Part shown: one piece after another, positions 23,001 through 34,933 of the stretch
Layout of the letters: every line of letters begins with the position of its first letter
Position numbering within the stretch: the first letter of the stretch is position 1
NCBI GenBank assembly: GCA_963514005.1
Contig: OY740791.1
Coordinates: forward strand, 45,074,001-45,138,000
Direction: 5' to 3'
Length of the DNA: 64,000 nucleotides
Source: Raja brachyura
Lineage: Eukaryota
Translations under genes and position numbers: made by a program
The notes under the pieces: generated by a model
Database searches by the model: none
The model's input: the letters and a program-made list of their open reading frames with translations, nothing else
Told to the model about the DNA's origin: nothing

Positions 23001-24742
23001 TGCTTAAAGCGAACAACTGTCTGATCACTGAGGACCAAGCGAAAGCAGAAGCTCTTGCAAACCAATTTCAACACGTTTTCACCCAGGAAGATATGGAGCC
23101 TTTATCATTTCCAGTTCTACCGCACAGCCCGTATGCTGATATGCCTGCTATTAAAATTGAGGTTGAAAGTGTCAAGAAGTTATTGCTCAACATCAATACC
23201 ACAAAAGCAATTGGATCAGGTCAGATACAGAATCAAGCCCTCAAGATCGCGGCCGAAGAACTGGCTCCAGTTTGCAGTTCATTTTTCAACAATCGCTTGA
23301 CTCAGGTGATGTTCCGCTGGATTGGAGCAAGGCTAACATCACTCCTCTCCTTAAGAAGGGTTCAACCACCAACCCAGCGAATTATCGACCTGTTTCATTA
23401 ACAAGTACTTGGTGCAAATTGCTGGAGCATTTAATTGACAGTAATCTGATGCATCATGTGAGCAAACATAACATTCTTGCAGACAACCAACATGCATTTA
23501 GGAGGCATAGATCATGTGAGTCTCAGCTTATCCTAACGACAAATGACCTGGCCAAGCACCTTGATGGTAACGTCATCATGGACTTAGTAGTGCTGGACTT
23601 TTCAAAAGCACTTGATGTCATCCCACACCAGAGACTGCTTCGGAAGCTTGACTTCCATGGTATTCGTTCCAACACGAAGTGATGGATTTCCAGTTTCCTG
23701 ACAAAACGCCTTCAGCGTATGTGTGTGAATGGAAAGAGCTCTAATTGGCATCCAGTGTTGAGTGGTACACCTCAGGGCACAGTACTTGGCACATCTGTTT
23801 TTGCTTTACATAAATGACATCCATGAAAAAGTCGCAAGTATGACCAGACTATTCGCTGATGGGTGTTTGCTGTACCGTCCAATTAAATCAGCTGATGATG
23901 AAGATGCCCTCCAAAAGGATCTCGATACAATGGTTGAGTGGTCACGATAATGGGGCATGCAGTTTAACCCGTCCAAGTGTGAGACCATGCTTGTCACCAG
24001 AAAGATAAATCCAGGCGAAACATCTTACAATATACTTGGTGCCACCCTTGAAGAATTCAAACAAACCAAGTATCTTGGCATCAAATTGCAGAATGATCTG
24101 CGTTGGAATGGTCAGACTCATCATGCAACGGTGAAAGCAACAGGTGTCCTAAATTTTCTGAGGCGCAACTTTCATCATTGTTCAACTTCTGTCAAGGAGA
24201 AGCTATACTTCACCCTCGTTAGACCTCATTTGGACTACGCAGTTGCAGCATGGGACCCATACACAAATAAAAATATTTCTTCCATCGAACGTGTCCAAAG
24301 ACAGGCAGCTCGATTTGTTACTAACAGCTATGATAGAGAAGCTAATGTTACCAAACTTGTGAATTCTCTGGGGTTGAACCCTCTCCAGGACAGACGTGAA
24401 GCACACCGTTTGACCTGATTTTACAAAATGTTGAATGGCCAGTTCGACATAGATTACAAGACCTTCACCACACCTCTACCAATTAGGAGCAGACGAGGGC
24501 ATTCGATCCAATTTGTGATTCGAACTACCAAGTCAGATGTGTACAGCAATTCGTTCTTCCCCTGCACAATTAAAGCATGGCATAATCTCCACACTACTAT
24601 AGTTACCCAACCAGATGCAACTACATTTAAGGTAGCTCTTTCTTCCCAAAAACCCTGTATGGCTCAAGTCCTCCCTCCACCACCTCCAGTTTAAATTCCA
24701 TTTGGAATGTTTTGGAGGACCAAGAAACCAAGAACCAAGAAC
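20099..24742 (+). mobile_element. Near full-length, frameshifted CR1-group (CR1/Crack/Daphne-like) LINE: GC-rich 5' region, 2A-like peptide, PHD finger, APE endonuclease, RT, (CAAGAAC)n tail
   Basis: LLAGDININPGP (21327-21362); C..C/H..C/C..C finger (~21375-21520); INFRSI...DIVIGSESWL...FRKDR..HGGGV (~21880-22070); NYRPVSLTS, LDFSKALD, SGTPQG, LFADGC, MQFNPSKC, LVRPHLDY; tail CAAGAAACCAAGAACCAAGAAC at 24721-24742. Confidence 0.9.
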
Positions 24743-27096
24743 AGATAAAGGGGTATTAATGTTCAGAGTTTTGTCCGAGCCAACTTTAATAGCCTGATGG
24801 CTGTGGGGAAGTAGCTATTCCTGAACCAGGTCGTTGCAGTCCTTAGGCTCCTGTACCTTCTACCGGAAGGTAGCAGGGAGATGAGTGTGTGACCAGGATG
24901 GTGTGGGTCCTTGATGATGCTGCCAGCCTTTTTGAGGCAGCGACTGTGATAGATCCCCTCGATGGAAAGAAAGTCAGAGCCGATGATGGAATGAGCAGTG
25001 TTTACTACTTTTTCTAGTCTTTTCCTCTCCAGGGCGCTCAAGTTGCCGAACCAAGCCACTATGCAACCAGTCGGCATGCTCTCTACTGTGCACCTGTAGA
25101 CGTTAGAGAGGGTCCTCCTTGGCAGACCGACTCTCCGTAATCTTCTCAGGAAGTAGAGGCGCCAATGAGCTTTCTTAATAATTGCATCTGTGTTCTCGGA
25201 CCAGGAAAGATCTTCAGAGATGTGCACGCCCAGGAATTTGAAGCTCTTGACCCTTTCAACCATCGACCCGTTGATATAAACAGGAATGTGGGTCCCCATC
25301 CTACTCCTTCCAAAGTCCACAATCCGTTCCTTGGTTTTGCTGGAGTTGAAGGCCAGGTTATTGTGCTGGCACCATATGGACAGTCGCTTGATCTCTCTCC
25401 TATACTCTGACTCATCTCCATCAGTGATACCCCCCACAACAGTGGTGTCGTCAGCGAACTTGATGATGGAGTTCGCACTATGACCGGCTACGCAGTCGTG
25501 AGTATAGAGTGAGTACAGCAGGGGGCTGAGCACGCAGCCTTGAGGTGCTCCCGTGCGGATTGTTATCGAATCTGACACATTCCCACCAATACGAACAGAC
25601 TGTGGTCTGTGAATGAGGAAGTCGAGGATCCAATTGCAGAGGGATGCGCAGAGACCCAGTTCTGCGAGTTTCATAACCACCTTGTAGGGGATGATTGTGC
25701 TAAATGCCGAGCTGTAATCGATGACTAACAGCCTGACATATGAGTTTTTGTTGTCCAAGTGGTCCAGAGCGGAGTGGAGGGCCAGCGAGATCGTATCCGC
25801 CGTTGATCTGTTGTGGTGGTAAGCGAACTGCAGTAGGTCCAGGTTTTGGTCGAGGTAGGAGCTGATTTGCGCCATGATCAACCTCTCAAAGCACTTCATC
25901 ACCACAGGCGTTATTGTCACTGGTCGATAGTCATTGAGGCATGTTACCTTGCTCTTCTTGGGCACTGGTATTATTGATGCCCTCTTGAAGCAGGTGGGAA
26001 CCTCAGACCTCAGAAGTGACAGGTTGAAAATGTCCGTAAAAACCAGCCAGTTGGTCCACACAGGTTTTTAGGCATGACCAGGTATACCATCAGGTCCAGA
26101 TGCTTTTCGAGGGTTCACCCCTCTGAAGGATTTCCTGACGTCGGCCTCTGTGACTGAGACTGAAATACCATCACAGCGAATGGGGGCTCTGGAAGGCACA
26201 TCTGTGTTTTCCTTATCAAAGCGTGCGTAAAATGCATTGAGCTCGTCAGGGAGTGATGTATCGCCGACAATCGAGCTGCCTCCTGGTTTCGCCTTGTAGG
26301 AGGTGTTTGCATTCAGGCTCCGCCACAGCTGCCGAATATATGTCTCATCCTCCAGCTTGGAGCAGAAGTCCCTTTGGCCTTTTTGATGGCCTTACCAAGG
26401 TCGCATCTGAACTTCTTGCAGAGCACTGTGTCATCAGACATGAACACCCAGTGTCTGGTCTTCAGAAGAGTGCGGATCTCACAGTTCATCCAAGGTTTCT
26501 GATTGGGAAACACTCGGAAGGTTTTGGTGGGGATGCAGTCCTCCACACATTTCTTAATGAAGTCTGAAACGACTGTGGTGTATTTGTTCAAGTCCGTTGC
26601 CGAGTCCTTGAACATTGCCCAGTCTACAGACTCCAAACAGTCCTGTAGTTGTTCCTCTGCACCCCCCACCCCCCCACCCCCCACCCCACCCACGACCAGC
26701 TCTGTACTGTCCTCACCTCTGGGGGTGCGCTCGGATTTACCGAAGTGAGGGCAAGTGGTGTAGCAGTGGTCGAGGGTGTTTGGTCCTCTGGTGCAGCAGG
26801 AGACATGTTCGTGGAAATTGGGGTGTGATTTCTTTAGGTTTGCCTTATTGAAGTCCCCAGCAATGGCGGTAAATGCCTCTGGGTAAGACGTCTGGTGTTT
26901 GTTGACCACGGTGTGCAGCTCGTCCAGTGCCAGACGGACGTGTGCCTGGGGTAGGATGTAGACCGCGGTCAGGATGATGGAGGTGAATTGCGTCGGAAGG
27001 TAGAAGGGACGGCACCTCACCGCCAGATGTTCGAGGTGTGGAAAGCAGGAGTTGGACAGGACTGCCACGTCTGAGCACCACGCAGAGTTGATCCTC
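24743..27096 (-). mobile_element. Rex1/Babar-clade LINE, 5'-truncated (partial endonuclease plus 432-aa RT ORF at 24763-26061)
   Basis: IAGDFNKANLK, TRGPNTLDHCYT, NQKPWM (EN/linker); [52 protein letters not shown] (RT). Confidence 0.9.
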
Positions 27097-27179
27097 AGGG
27101 TATCAAAAATGCAAACATTTAGTACACTCCCGCCATTTTTAAGGGTAAGTTTATTGGTACTCCATTAAATGTTTTGGGG

Positions 27180-27315
27180 AGCAGTGCAGCTTTAAGAATT
27201 GTAGCTGCAGTTACTGAAAAGAACTGGTCGTGTCGCTGTCTACCAATGAGAAGCTCAAATACACAGATGGATCCATTGCCCCTCCCACATCCCAGAATAA
27301 AAACGTCAGTCGCGA
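27180..27315 (+). promoter_or_regulatory. cPcdh CSE promoter, gene 3
   Basis: AAGAACTGGTCGTGTCGCTGTCTACCAAT; CGCT at 27234-27237. Confidence 0.85.
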
Positions 27316-27496
27316 CCAGCGAGGCGAGCAGTGCCTGGTTTGCATTGCGGAATAAAGCTGAGAGGGTAGATATCGCATCTGTTTCGAATCGGTATTTGGA
27401 ACATCTTTGATGTATTTTTAAATCTTGTGGTTATAATATTTTTTTCGGATTACTCGAAGAGAGGCCTGGTTTTGGACATTGACTGAGCTCGGAACA

Positions 27497-29869
27497 ATGG
27501 CGTTCCTACTGAGGTTTGCATTCAATTTGTTTCTGTGCATGTTTACGATATGTGCACCGGGTCTAATTTCCGGGCAAATTATTTATTCTGTTCCAGAGGA
27601 AATGAAGCAAGGGGCATTTGTTGGGAATATCGCTCAAGATCTGGGCCTGAACGTACATCAATTGTCAGCTCGCAAATTCCGACTGGGCTCTGATGACGGA
27701 GGGCGGTACATGAAGGTCAGTTTGGACAATGGAATATTGTCTATTCGTGAAAGAATCGACAGGGAACGTATTTGCGGAGAAGCGGATGTGTGTATTATAC
27801 CTTTCGAAATAATATTGGAAAAGCCCTTGGAGGTGTATCGCGGAAAAATAGAGATTCGCGATGTAAATGACAATGCGCCCACTTTCCCGCAGAGCAGAAT
27901 TGCCCTACAGATATCGGAAGCGAATGCACCCGGTGTACGTTTCCGTCTCGAGAGCGCGGATGATCCCGACATTGGAACAAATACCATGGCCGCATATACA
28001 ATCAGTTCCAGTGAGTACTTCAGTCTGAGGACACAGAAAGCCGAGGACGGTGTTATAGTTGCCGAATTGTTGTTGGAGAAATCTTTGGACCGAGAGCTGC
28101 AATCATCATTTCAGCTATTTCTTACTGCGACTGATGGTGGGACCCCTCGGAGAACTGGCACAGCTGAAATTCTCATTACTGTGTTGGACATCAATGACAA
28201 TCCACCTGTTTTCGATCGTGATATTTACAGGGGCAGCATAAGTGAGAACGCACCGCATGGTACCTTGGTGATGAAACTCAAAGGAAATGATTTGGACGAA
28301 GGACAGAATGCAAAGATAATATATTCATTTAGTGATGTTGCCTTACGAAAAGTTCGTAATTTGTTCAGTTTAGACCCAGAGACTGGGGAGATTCGAGTTG
28401 GCGGGCAGCTGGATTTTGAAGAAGCAAACAGCTATTCTCTCGATGTCGAAGTAGTGGACCACGGCTCACCTGCAATGACAGGACACTCGAAAGTGCTTAT
28501 TAAAGTAATTGACGTGAACGACAATGCACCTGAAATAAAGGTGACATCAACTTCCAACATAATTCCAGAAAATGCTCCGCCTGGAACTTTAGTAACGTTG
28601 ATCAGTATTTTGGACCGTGATTCTGGACAGAACGGCCATGTTCGCTGCACGGTACCAAGGAACATACCCTTTAAATTACAAACAGCATCGGATCATTATA
28701 AATTAATTACTAGTGAAATGTTTGATCGTGAAGCGATATCTGAGTACAAAATAATTATTTCAGCCTGCGACTTGGGATCGCCTTCACTGTCCGCAAATAT
28801 AACTATGCGCATTACAATTTCAGACATTAATGATAACGCCCCTCGGTTTGCTGAATCATCTTATAACATTTACGTCATGGAAAATAACGCTCCGGGTGCG
28901 TCCATTTTCACAGTAACAGCAACGGATCCCGATCTGGACCAGAATTCGCGTGTTTCTTACACCTTTCAGGCGAATCAAGTCATAAACGCGCCAGCGTCCA
29001 CCTACCTAATAATTAACTCAATGAACGGCACAATTTATGCGCTGCGGTCGTTTGACTATGAGAATCTCAAAAACTTCCGGATCCACGTTGAAGCCCGTGA
29101 CGCGGGTGTGCCTCCGCTGAGCAGCGGCGCCACGGTGAATGTGATCATCTTGGATCAAAATGACAACGCACCCGTAATCGTTTCACCGTCAGAACATAGT
29201 GGATCAGCAGCGGTGGAGATTGTGCCCAGGTCAGCGGGTGAAGGGTACTTGGTCACCAAGATAATGGCAACTGATGCAGATTCTGGTCAGAACGCTCGGC
29301 TCATTTATCAAATGATGAAGTCTACCGATCCTAGTTTGTACAAAGTTGGGCAAATTTCCGGTGAAATTAGAACAGCGCGCGACATCCTGCAGTCAGACAC
29401 TGCTGTAAAAAGTCTGATCATCTTGGTGAAGGACAATGGGCAGCCAAGCCTGTCCAGCACGGTTACAGTGAACATTGAAGTTTTGGAGAACAGCACTAAA
29501 GGAATCGTGGAAAGAAGCAACTTATTGATGGATCCAGAATATTTATCTGATCCAAACGTTTATTTAATCGTGATTTTCAGTTGTACTTCCGTTGTCTTTC
29601 TTCTGATCATTGTTCTGTTGATTGGCATCAAGTGTAAACAAGACAGAAATAACATTCAAGCGTATAACTCCCGCAGTTATTGCTACAATCCTGGCGATTC
29701 TCACGGCGCGTTCAATGGAAGACTTACCATGGAGGAAACTTTACGCAATCCTGGGACAGGAAGGGTAGTCCGCGTATCAGATCTGAATCAATACTCGGCC
29801 TGTCTGTCTCCAGAATCAGCGAAAAGCGATTTTATCTTCTTGAAGCCATGCAGCGCTTCCACCTCCTAA
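27497..29869 (+). CDS. Clustered protocadherin gene 3 (stop 4 codons early)
   Basis: Intact 6-EC/TM ORF. It ends TCC TAA GGT CAA TGC TAA where paralogs read TCT CAA GCC CAA TGC TAA. AATAAA at 30046-30051. Confidence 0.95.
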   Translation: MAFLLRFAFNLFLCMFTICAPGLISGQIIYSVPEEMKQGAFVGNIAQDLGLNVHQLSARKFRLGSDDGGRYMKVSLDNGILSIRERIDRERICGEADVCIIPFEIILEKPLEVYRGKIEIRDVNDNAPTFPQSRIALQISEANAPGVRFRLESADDPDIGTNTMAAYTISSSEYFSLRTQKAEDGVIVAELLLEKSLDRELQSSFQLFLTATDGGTPRRTGTAEILITVLDINDNPPVFDRDIYRGSISENAPHGTLVMKLKGNDLDEGQNAKIIYSFSDVALRKVRNLFSLDPETGEIRVGGQLDFEEANSYSLDVEVVDHGSPAMTGHSKVLIKVIDVNDNAPEIKVTSTSNIIPENAPPGTLVTLISILDRDSGQNGHVRCTVPRNIPFKLQTASDHYKLITSEMFDREAISEYKIIISACDLGSPSLSANITMRITISDINDNAPRFAESSYNIYVMENNAPGASIFTVTATDPDLDQNSRVSYTFQANQVINAPASTYLIINSMNGTIYALRSFDYENLKNFRIHVEARDAGVPPLSSGATVNVIILDQNDNAPVIVSPSEHSGSAAVEIVPRSAGEGYLVTKIMATDADSGQNARLIYQMMKSTDPSLYKVGQISGEIRTARDILQSDTAVKSLIILVKDNGQPSLSSTVTVNIEVLENSTKGIVERSNLLMDPEYLSDPNVYLIVIFSCTSVVFLLIIVLLIGIKCKQDRNNIQAYNSRSYCYNPGDSHGAFNGRLTMEETLRNPGTGRVVRVSDLNQYSACLSPESAKSDFIFLKPCSASTS

Positions 29870-32800
29870 GGTCAATGCTAAATTGCGCTGATGGGTTGTG
29901 TTAAGGAACACCATTTTATTTTTAATGCAGCCATTTTTGTCTGCTCAGGAATATGAATCAGTACGAGTGCAATATTAATGAAAACACCCCCTTGTAGCAT
30001 ATTTTCGTTCGCGTAATTGGGAGTAAAGTATCTGTAATTGTCAAAAATAAAATTTCCTGCAACTGGAATGAAAATGCATCCATTAATTCGAATGCAGTCT
30101 TTCTGCTTGTCACAGGCTAATGTGCATAAATGTGTTGTCATTTAGTTACTTACTTACTCAAAGGATTTGAGTACCTGTACCCAGTTGCATGGCTAGGTAT
30201 TAACAAATGAAATTTGCGTTGAAAGGTTTCCTGATTGCCTACCCATGCATTATATATTAATTCTTAATAGCTCGTTGTACAAAACACAAATTTCAATAAT
30301 CAGCAGATGCACGAAATAATGAAACCCGTATATTTGAAAGGCAATTGATTGCAGATGATGTAATAGTGAGCACAATCTGCCAGAAGAAATCAACGAGCCA
30401 GGCACCACCTCCGGAGAGAAACAGGCCGATGACGTTTGACTTCCAGCCCAAAGTGGAGGAAGTTCGATTTTAGAAGTAGGCGAGGTTGCGGCTTTAAGGT
30501 AAAGTATATCAACTGAAAGCTGGATCCAGGTGAGAAGGTAGTTGATTATTTGGGAGTTGATTCGTGTGAAGGATATTGTTAGTTGAGGAGAAGTGGCTGA
30601 GTCTCAATTCGTAGATGAAACGGAAAGTTCTGATGTCTTCCTAATGCAGAGCGACGTCGTCCATAATAAAAAAAGAGCATAGGCATAAAATCTGCAAGTT
30701 GTTAAAGTGATGGAGAGCATGTGAGGTGTTTTCGGATGGACGATGGCTTGAACAGGACAGGGATGGGGGACCGGCGGTAGATTCGATGTATGAGGAGATG
30801 AGTTTAGTCGGACAATAGCAGGCAGGAAACAATGGCCTAAACAGGACTGCCCTATATACGGATCCCAGGTAGTACACAGGATACACTGAACATGTTGGGC
30901 TATACATGTGGGAGCAGTAAAATGCTATGTCGGGAAACGGGGCTGTTTGTCACATCGACAACAAGTGAAACCACATTAGTTTGGAGAACTGGTGAGTAGC
31001 AGAATAAGGAGGAAAAATGTGTGAATGTAGCATAATGCTATTTGCTCTGTGTAATGTACTGCTCACGTACCCAGCAATCGGCAAGAGATCAGGGTGTCCC
31101 TGCTTGTCACATTCCACTAACTAGCTATTACATTCAATGCAATTCACTGGGCAAAGATTCCCCTTCCCTGTCTGTTCAGAAATGGACAAATATCACCCCT
31201 TCACTAATCCCTGTTTTCGCTTTGCAACCACTCGCCTTCCGTTGGCAGTTTCCCCATGAAAACAAAATATGTAACGTTCTTATACAGTACCATTTCCCTT
31301 GCACTGTACAGGAGCAAAACATCTTCCCGGTAAACAGTGATCTGCTTGCACGTGTTTTCAAAGTAATGTAGATGTTTGATCTTCCCAATGCGGAGGCACT
31401 GCCATGAGACATTGGAGCACAATGAGGCCACTGGCACAATCGAGTCTGCTCCGTCATTCGATCAAGGTTGATATATTTTCCCTCTCTCCCTTGCCTTTGA
31501 TACCCTTACTGATCAAGAACCTATCAATCTCTGCCTTAACAATATACTATAACGACTTCGACGTAAAATTGTGGCACTTAATTCTTCTGATTCACCATCC
31601 ACTGGATAAATAAATTCTTATGGATCACCATTCTAAATGTGCGGCATTTTCTTGTGAGGCTGTGCCCCATTTTTCTAGATTATCTCACAAATATCCTCTC
31701 CACATCCATTCCACCTAAATCGCCTCGTCCTGCGGTTAGTCTGCAGCAAAGACATAATGACACTGAATTTCCGGTTACCAACAACATTCATTCAGAAAGT
31801 CACCAACAACTGATCTTTCTGCATATTACATCTAGCGCTGTTGGAGCGAGGGCAAGGTTAAGGCACACGCTTGGAAACCAGTTCCTCGCCTTTCATATGG
31901 ACAAGTTGCAAGGTTCCAGACCTGACCACTCCTGTCTGTTTTCATTACGGCTTAGTTTTTTTCTCTATTTTGCATTGAGCTGAAGAGCATAGAAACAGAC
32001 CCGTCGCTTACCGCATCTACACTAACCACCGTGTTGATTTGTATTAATTACACTCTTCCGTGAATTCCGTCACGATTAGTGCCCACTAATTCCCACGCCC
32101 GTTAAGTACCATACATATAGTTATATGTCCTGTCTCCACTACCTGCATTGGAACTTCGTTATTGGAAAGTCTAAACGTCGGTTCCACGTTAAACATATTC
32201 CATCTGAAAATTATTTCGGCCTCCCCAGCCACTGGAAATGACTATCTACCATATTTGTGCCTCACTTGATTGTCCATATCTCCATCATATCACTTCTCAG
32301 CTGCGTTGACTCCAAATAATACGGATCCAGCCAACACAATCTCCCCTGATTGCGCAAACATAATCCTGGCAACGTTCCTGGTCGCTCTCTGGCTTAACCA
32401 ATCCGTTTCCTCAATGCGCTAACTAGACCGGCACACAATAATTCAAATCCGGCCTAAGCAATATTTTCTTCAAATGTAACAGAAAAGCTCAACTCCGTAC
32501 CTCGACCGATGTATGCAAATGTGCCACATCGCTGTCTACCCGTGTTCCCATTTTCAAGAACAATTTGATTTTACCCCAAATCCCCTTCTGTTCGATATCA
32601 CTCCGCAAGACTTTGCAACGCACAGTCTGTAGTTTAGCCCGCTGAACATGCCACATCCCCTTGCTATAGATATGCATCACAGAAGCAATGAAAATTAATT
32701 TGTCCTAACAGCTCTTCCGACTACTGTGTATATTTATTTGATCCTACCCTCTGAGATAGATTCCTATTTTTTATCCATTACTTCCTATCTGCAGAGCTAC

Positions 32801-34106
32801 TCAAAATTAACTTATTTTCATGAATTCCTAGTTCTGATAAAGGATCCCAGACCTGAAGCGTTAATTGTATTTCTTTCCGCAGGTGAACCAATGAGTGTTT
32901 TCAGCATTTTCAGTTGTTGACGCGCACGAAATGTCATAGTTGGCTCCTCTGAGTCATTACATGGATTCTCATTTAACATGCAGCGGAACTTATTTACCAC
33001 AATACCAGAATGCGATGGTATATCTGGTTCCAATATTGAAAGACTCCGTTTGATTAACATCCTATCCTCCACGACATAAATAACGTGTTCATCACCGTTT
33101 TGACGAGACCATGTACGTCATTGAATATCCGCTGTTAACCAAACTGCAATTGGTTGATTACATTATAATCAATTTCTGCAACTCTGGGATAAAGTGATAT
33201 TACGACTGAAGGTGAAGTAAAGTTGAAATTATATCGCTCTTGGAAGAGCTGTGGAATCCATATCAAGTAAGGGTTGGGACTCTAATGGAGTGCATCAAAT
33301 GACTGCGCGTATCAAGGTTGTTGCAGCCTTCAATGTGGGAAAAGAACGTGGAGGTTTGGAGTCTGCCCTGAGCATAAGATTTTTCTATTTTACCCACTGA
33401 TTCTGTTTCAAAGGAAATGTATCTGTCTGTTTCTGGGAAATCAATTCAAAAGATGTCGCATGTCAACAAAGACACAGGAGATGACAGTTCTGCAATTCCG
33501 AATGGCATTTACCGAAAAGGGCATTTTACAGAATAAATCTGGTAACAGGGGAGTAATGTTTTCTAGGGCGCATTTTAAATGAGCAACGATGCGTGGATGA
33601 ATGGGTAATTGTGTGGTGTAGTTGCAAATTGAAATAAAGGATCCTTTGCAAGAAACCTAGAATGAAATGGAGATTTTCAAGGTAAATAAGAATAAAAAGT
33701 GAAAAATTCATAATTTTTTCAACGCCCAACCAGACATGGACACCTGTTTTCTCTGATCCCTACGATATCAATCGGGGTCTGCTGGGTCATGTGCCTGTGA
33801 GGTTGTTGCAAACAAAATTTAAAACGCAGCAGGACCTCACCTTACATATGCATGTGATAGCAAACCAAAGATGAAATGGACGTAACGATGCCTCTCTCCA
33901 GGAATCACTTCCTTGAAACAAGAGTTTGGTTCAACAATTACTTAATTGAAAGTATAATGTGCACGAGCACCAACTTCAAAATTTGGAAAGGTGCATTGAT
34001 ATTCTCATGATTATTTATGTGATTGCGTTTATGTATTGTCCGTATTTTATGTATCGGCTGCTTTACGTTCTGACTGTGTTGACTACTGGACATCTGAATT
34101 TGCCTG

Positions 34107-34282
34107 NNNNNNNNNNNNNNNNNNNNNNNNNNNNNNNNNNNNNNNNNNNNNNNNNNNNNNNNNNNNNNNNNNNNNNNNNNNNNNNNNNNNNNNNNNNNNN
34201 NNNNNNNNNNNNNNNNNNNNNNNNNNNNNNNNNNNNNNNNNNNNNNNNNNNNNNNNNNNNNNNNNNNNNNNNNNNNNNNNNN
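34107..34282. other. Assembly gap (N run)
   Basis: 176 N characters. Confidence 1.
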
Positions 34283-34619
34283 GAAAATTATGTTTGTGCA
34301 AGAGGCGTAATAATAGAAATCGCATGTCAAAGAAAGGAAAATTATGAAGTCGTTAAATGAATATATGTTTGCTACCATGAGGCGCGCAGGGAGGATCTGC
34401 ACGTAGAGATCATGTATCTGATATAGTACATTGAAACTCAACAACACTGATGCCATCTATTAATTCGGTATTGCCTTTTGTGTGAAACAACAGATCGTGA
34501 TAACATTTTCCATCAAAAACCCCTTTGCATGTGCTTCCCATGAGTTTCGAAGTTGAATGCAGAAAGCTCGCATTTTAAGAAGACGCGTTATGTCTGTACA
34601 CCCTGAAATGTTTGGAAGA

Positions 34620-34755
34620 GCATTACAGCTTTAACAATTGAAGTTGCAGTTATTGAAAAGAACTGGCTGTGTCGCTGTCTACCAATGGAAAGCTCAACAA
34701 CACAGATGGATCCATTGCCCCTCCCACACCCCAGAATAAAAACGTCAGGCGCGAC
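34620..34755 (+). promoter_or_regulatory. cPcdh CSE promoter, gene 4
   Basis: AAGAACTGGCTGTGTCGCTGTCTACCAAT; CGCT at 34673-34676. Confidence 0.85.
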
Positions 34756-34933
34756 GAGAGAGGCCAGCAGTGCCTGCGTTCAGATTGTGGAATCAAGCTG
34801 AGGAGGATAGATTTTCCGTTTCTTTCGAATCGGTATTTAGAATATGTATGATTGTGTTTAATGTTTGTAGTTGGAATCTTTTTACGGATTAACCTAAGAG
34901 ATTCCTGGTTTTGGACATTGACAGCGCGGAACA

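Noticed and set aside
33938-34456. ORFs spanning N runs (also 11309-11533)
   Set aside because: Artefacts of assembly gaps.
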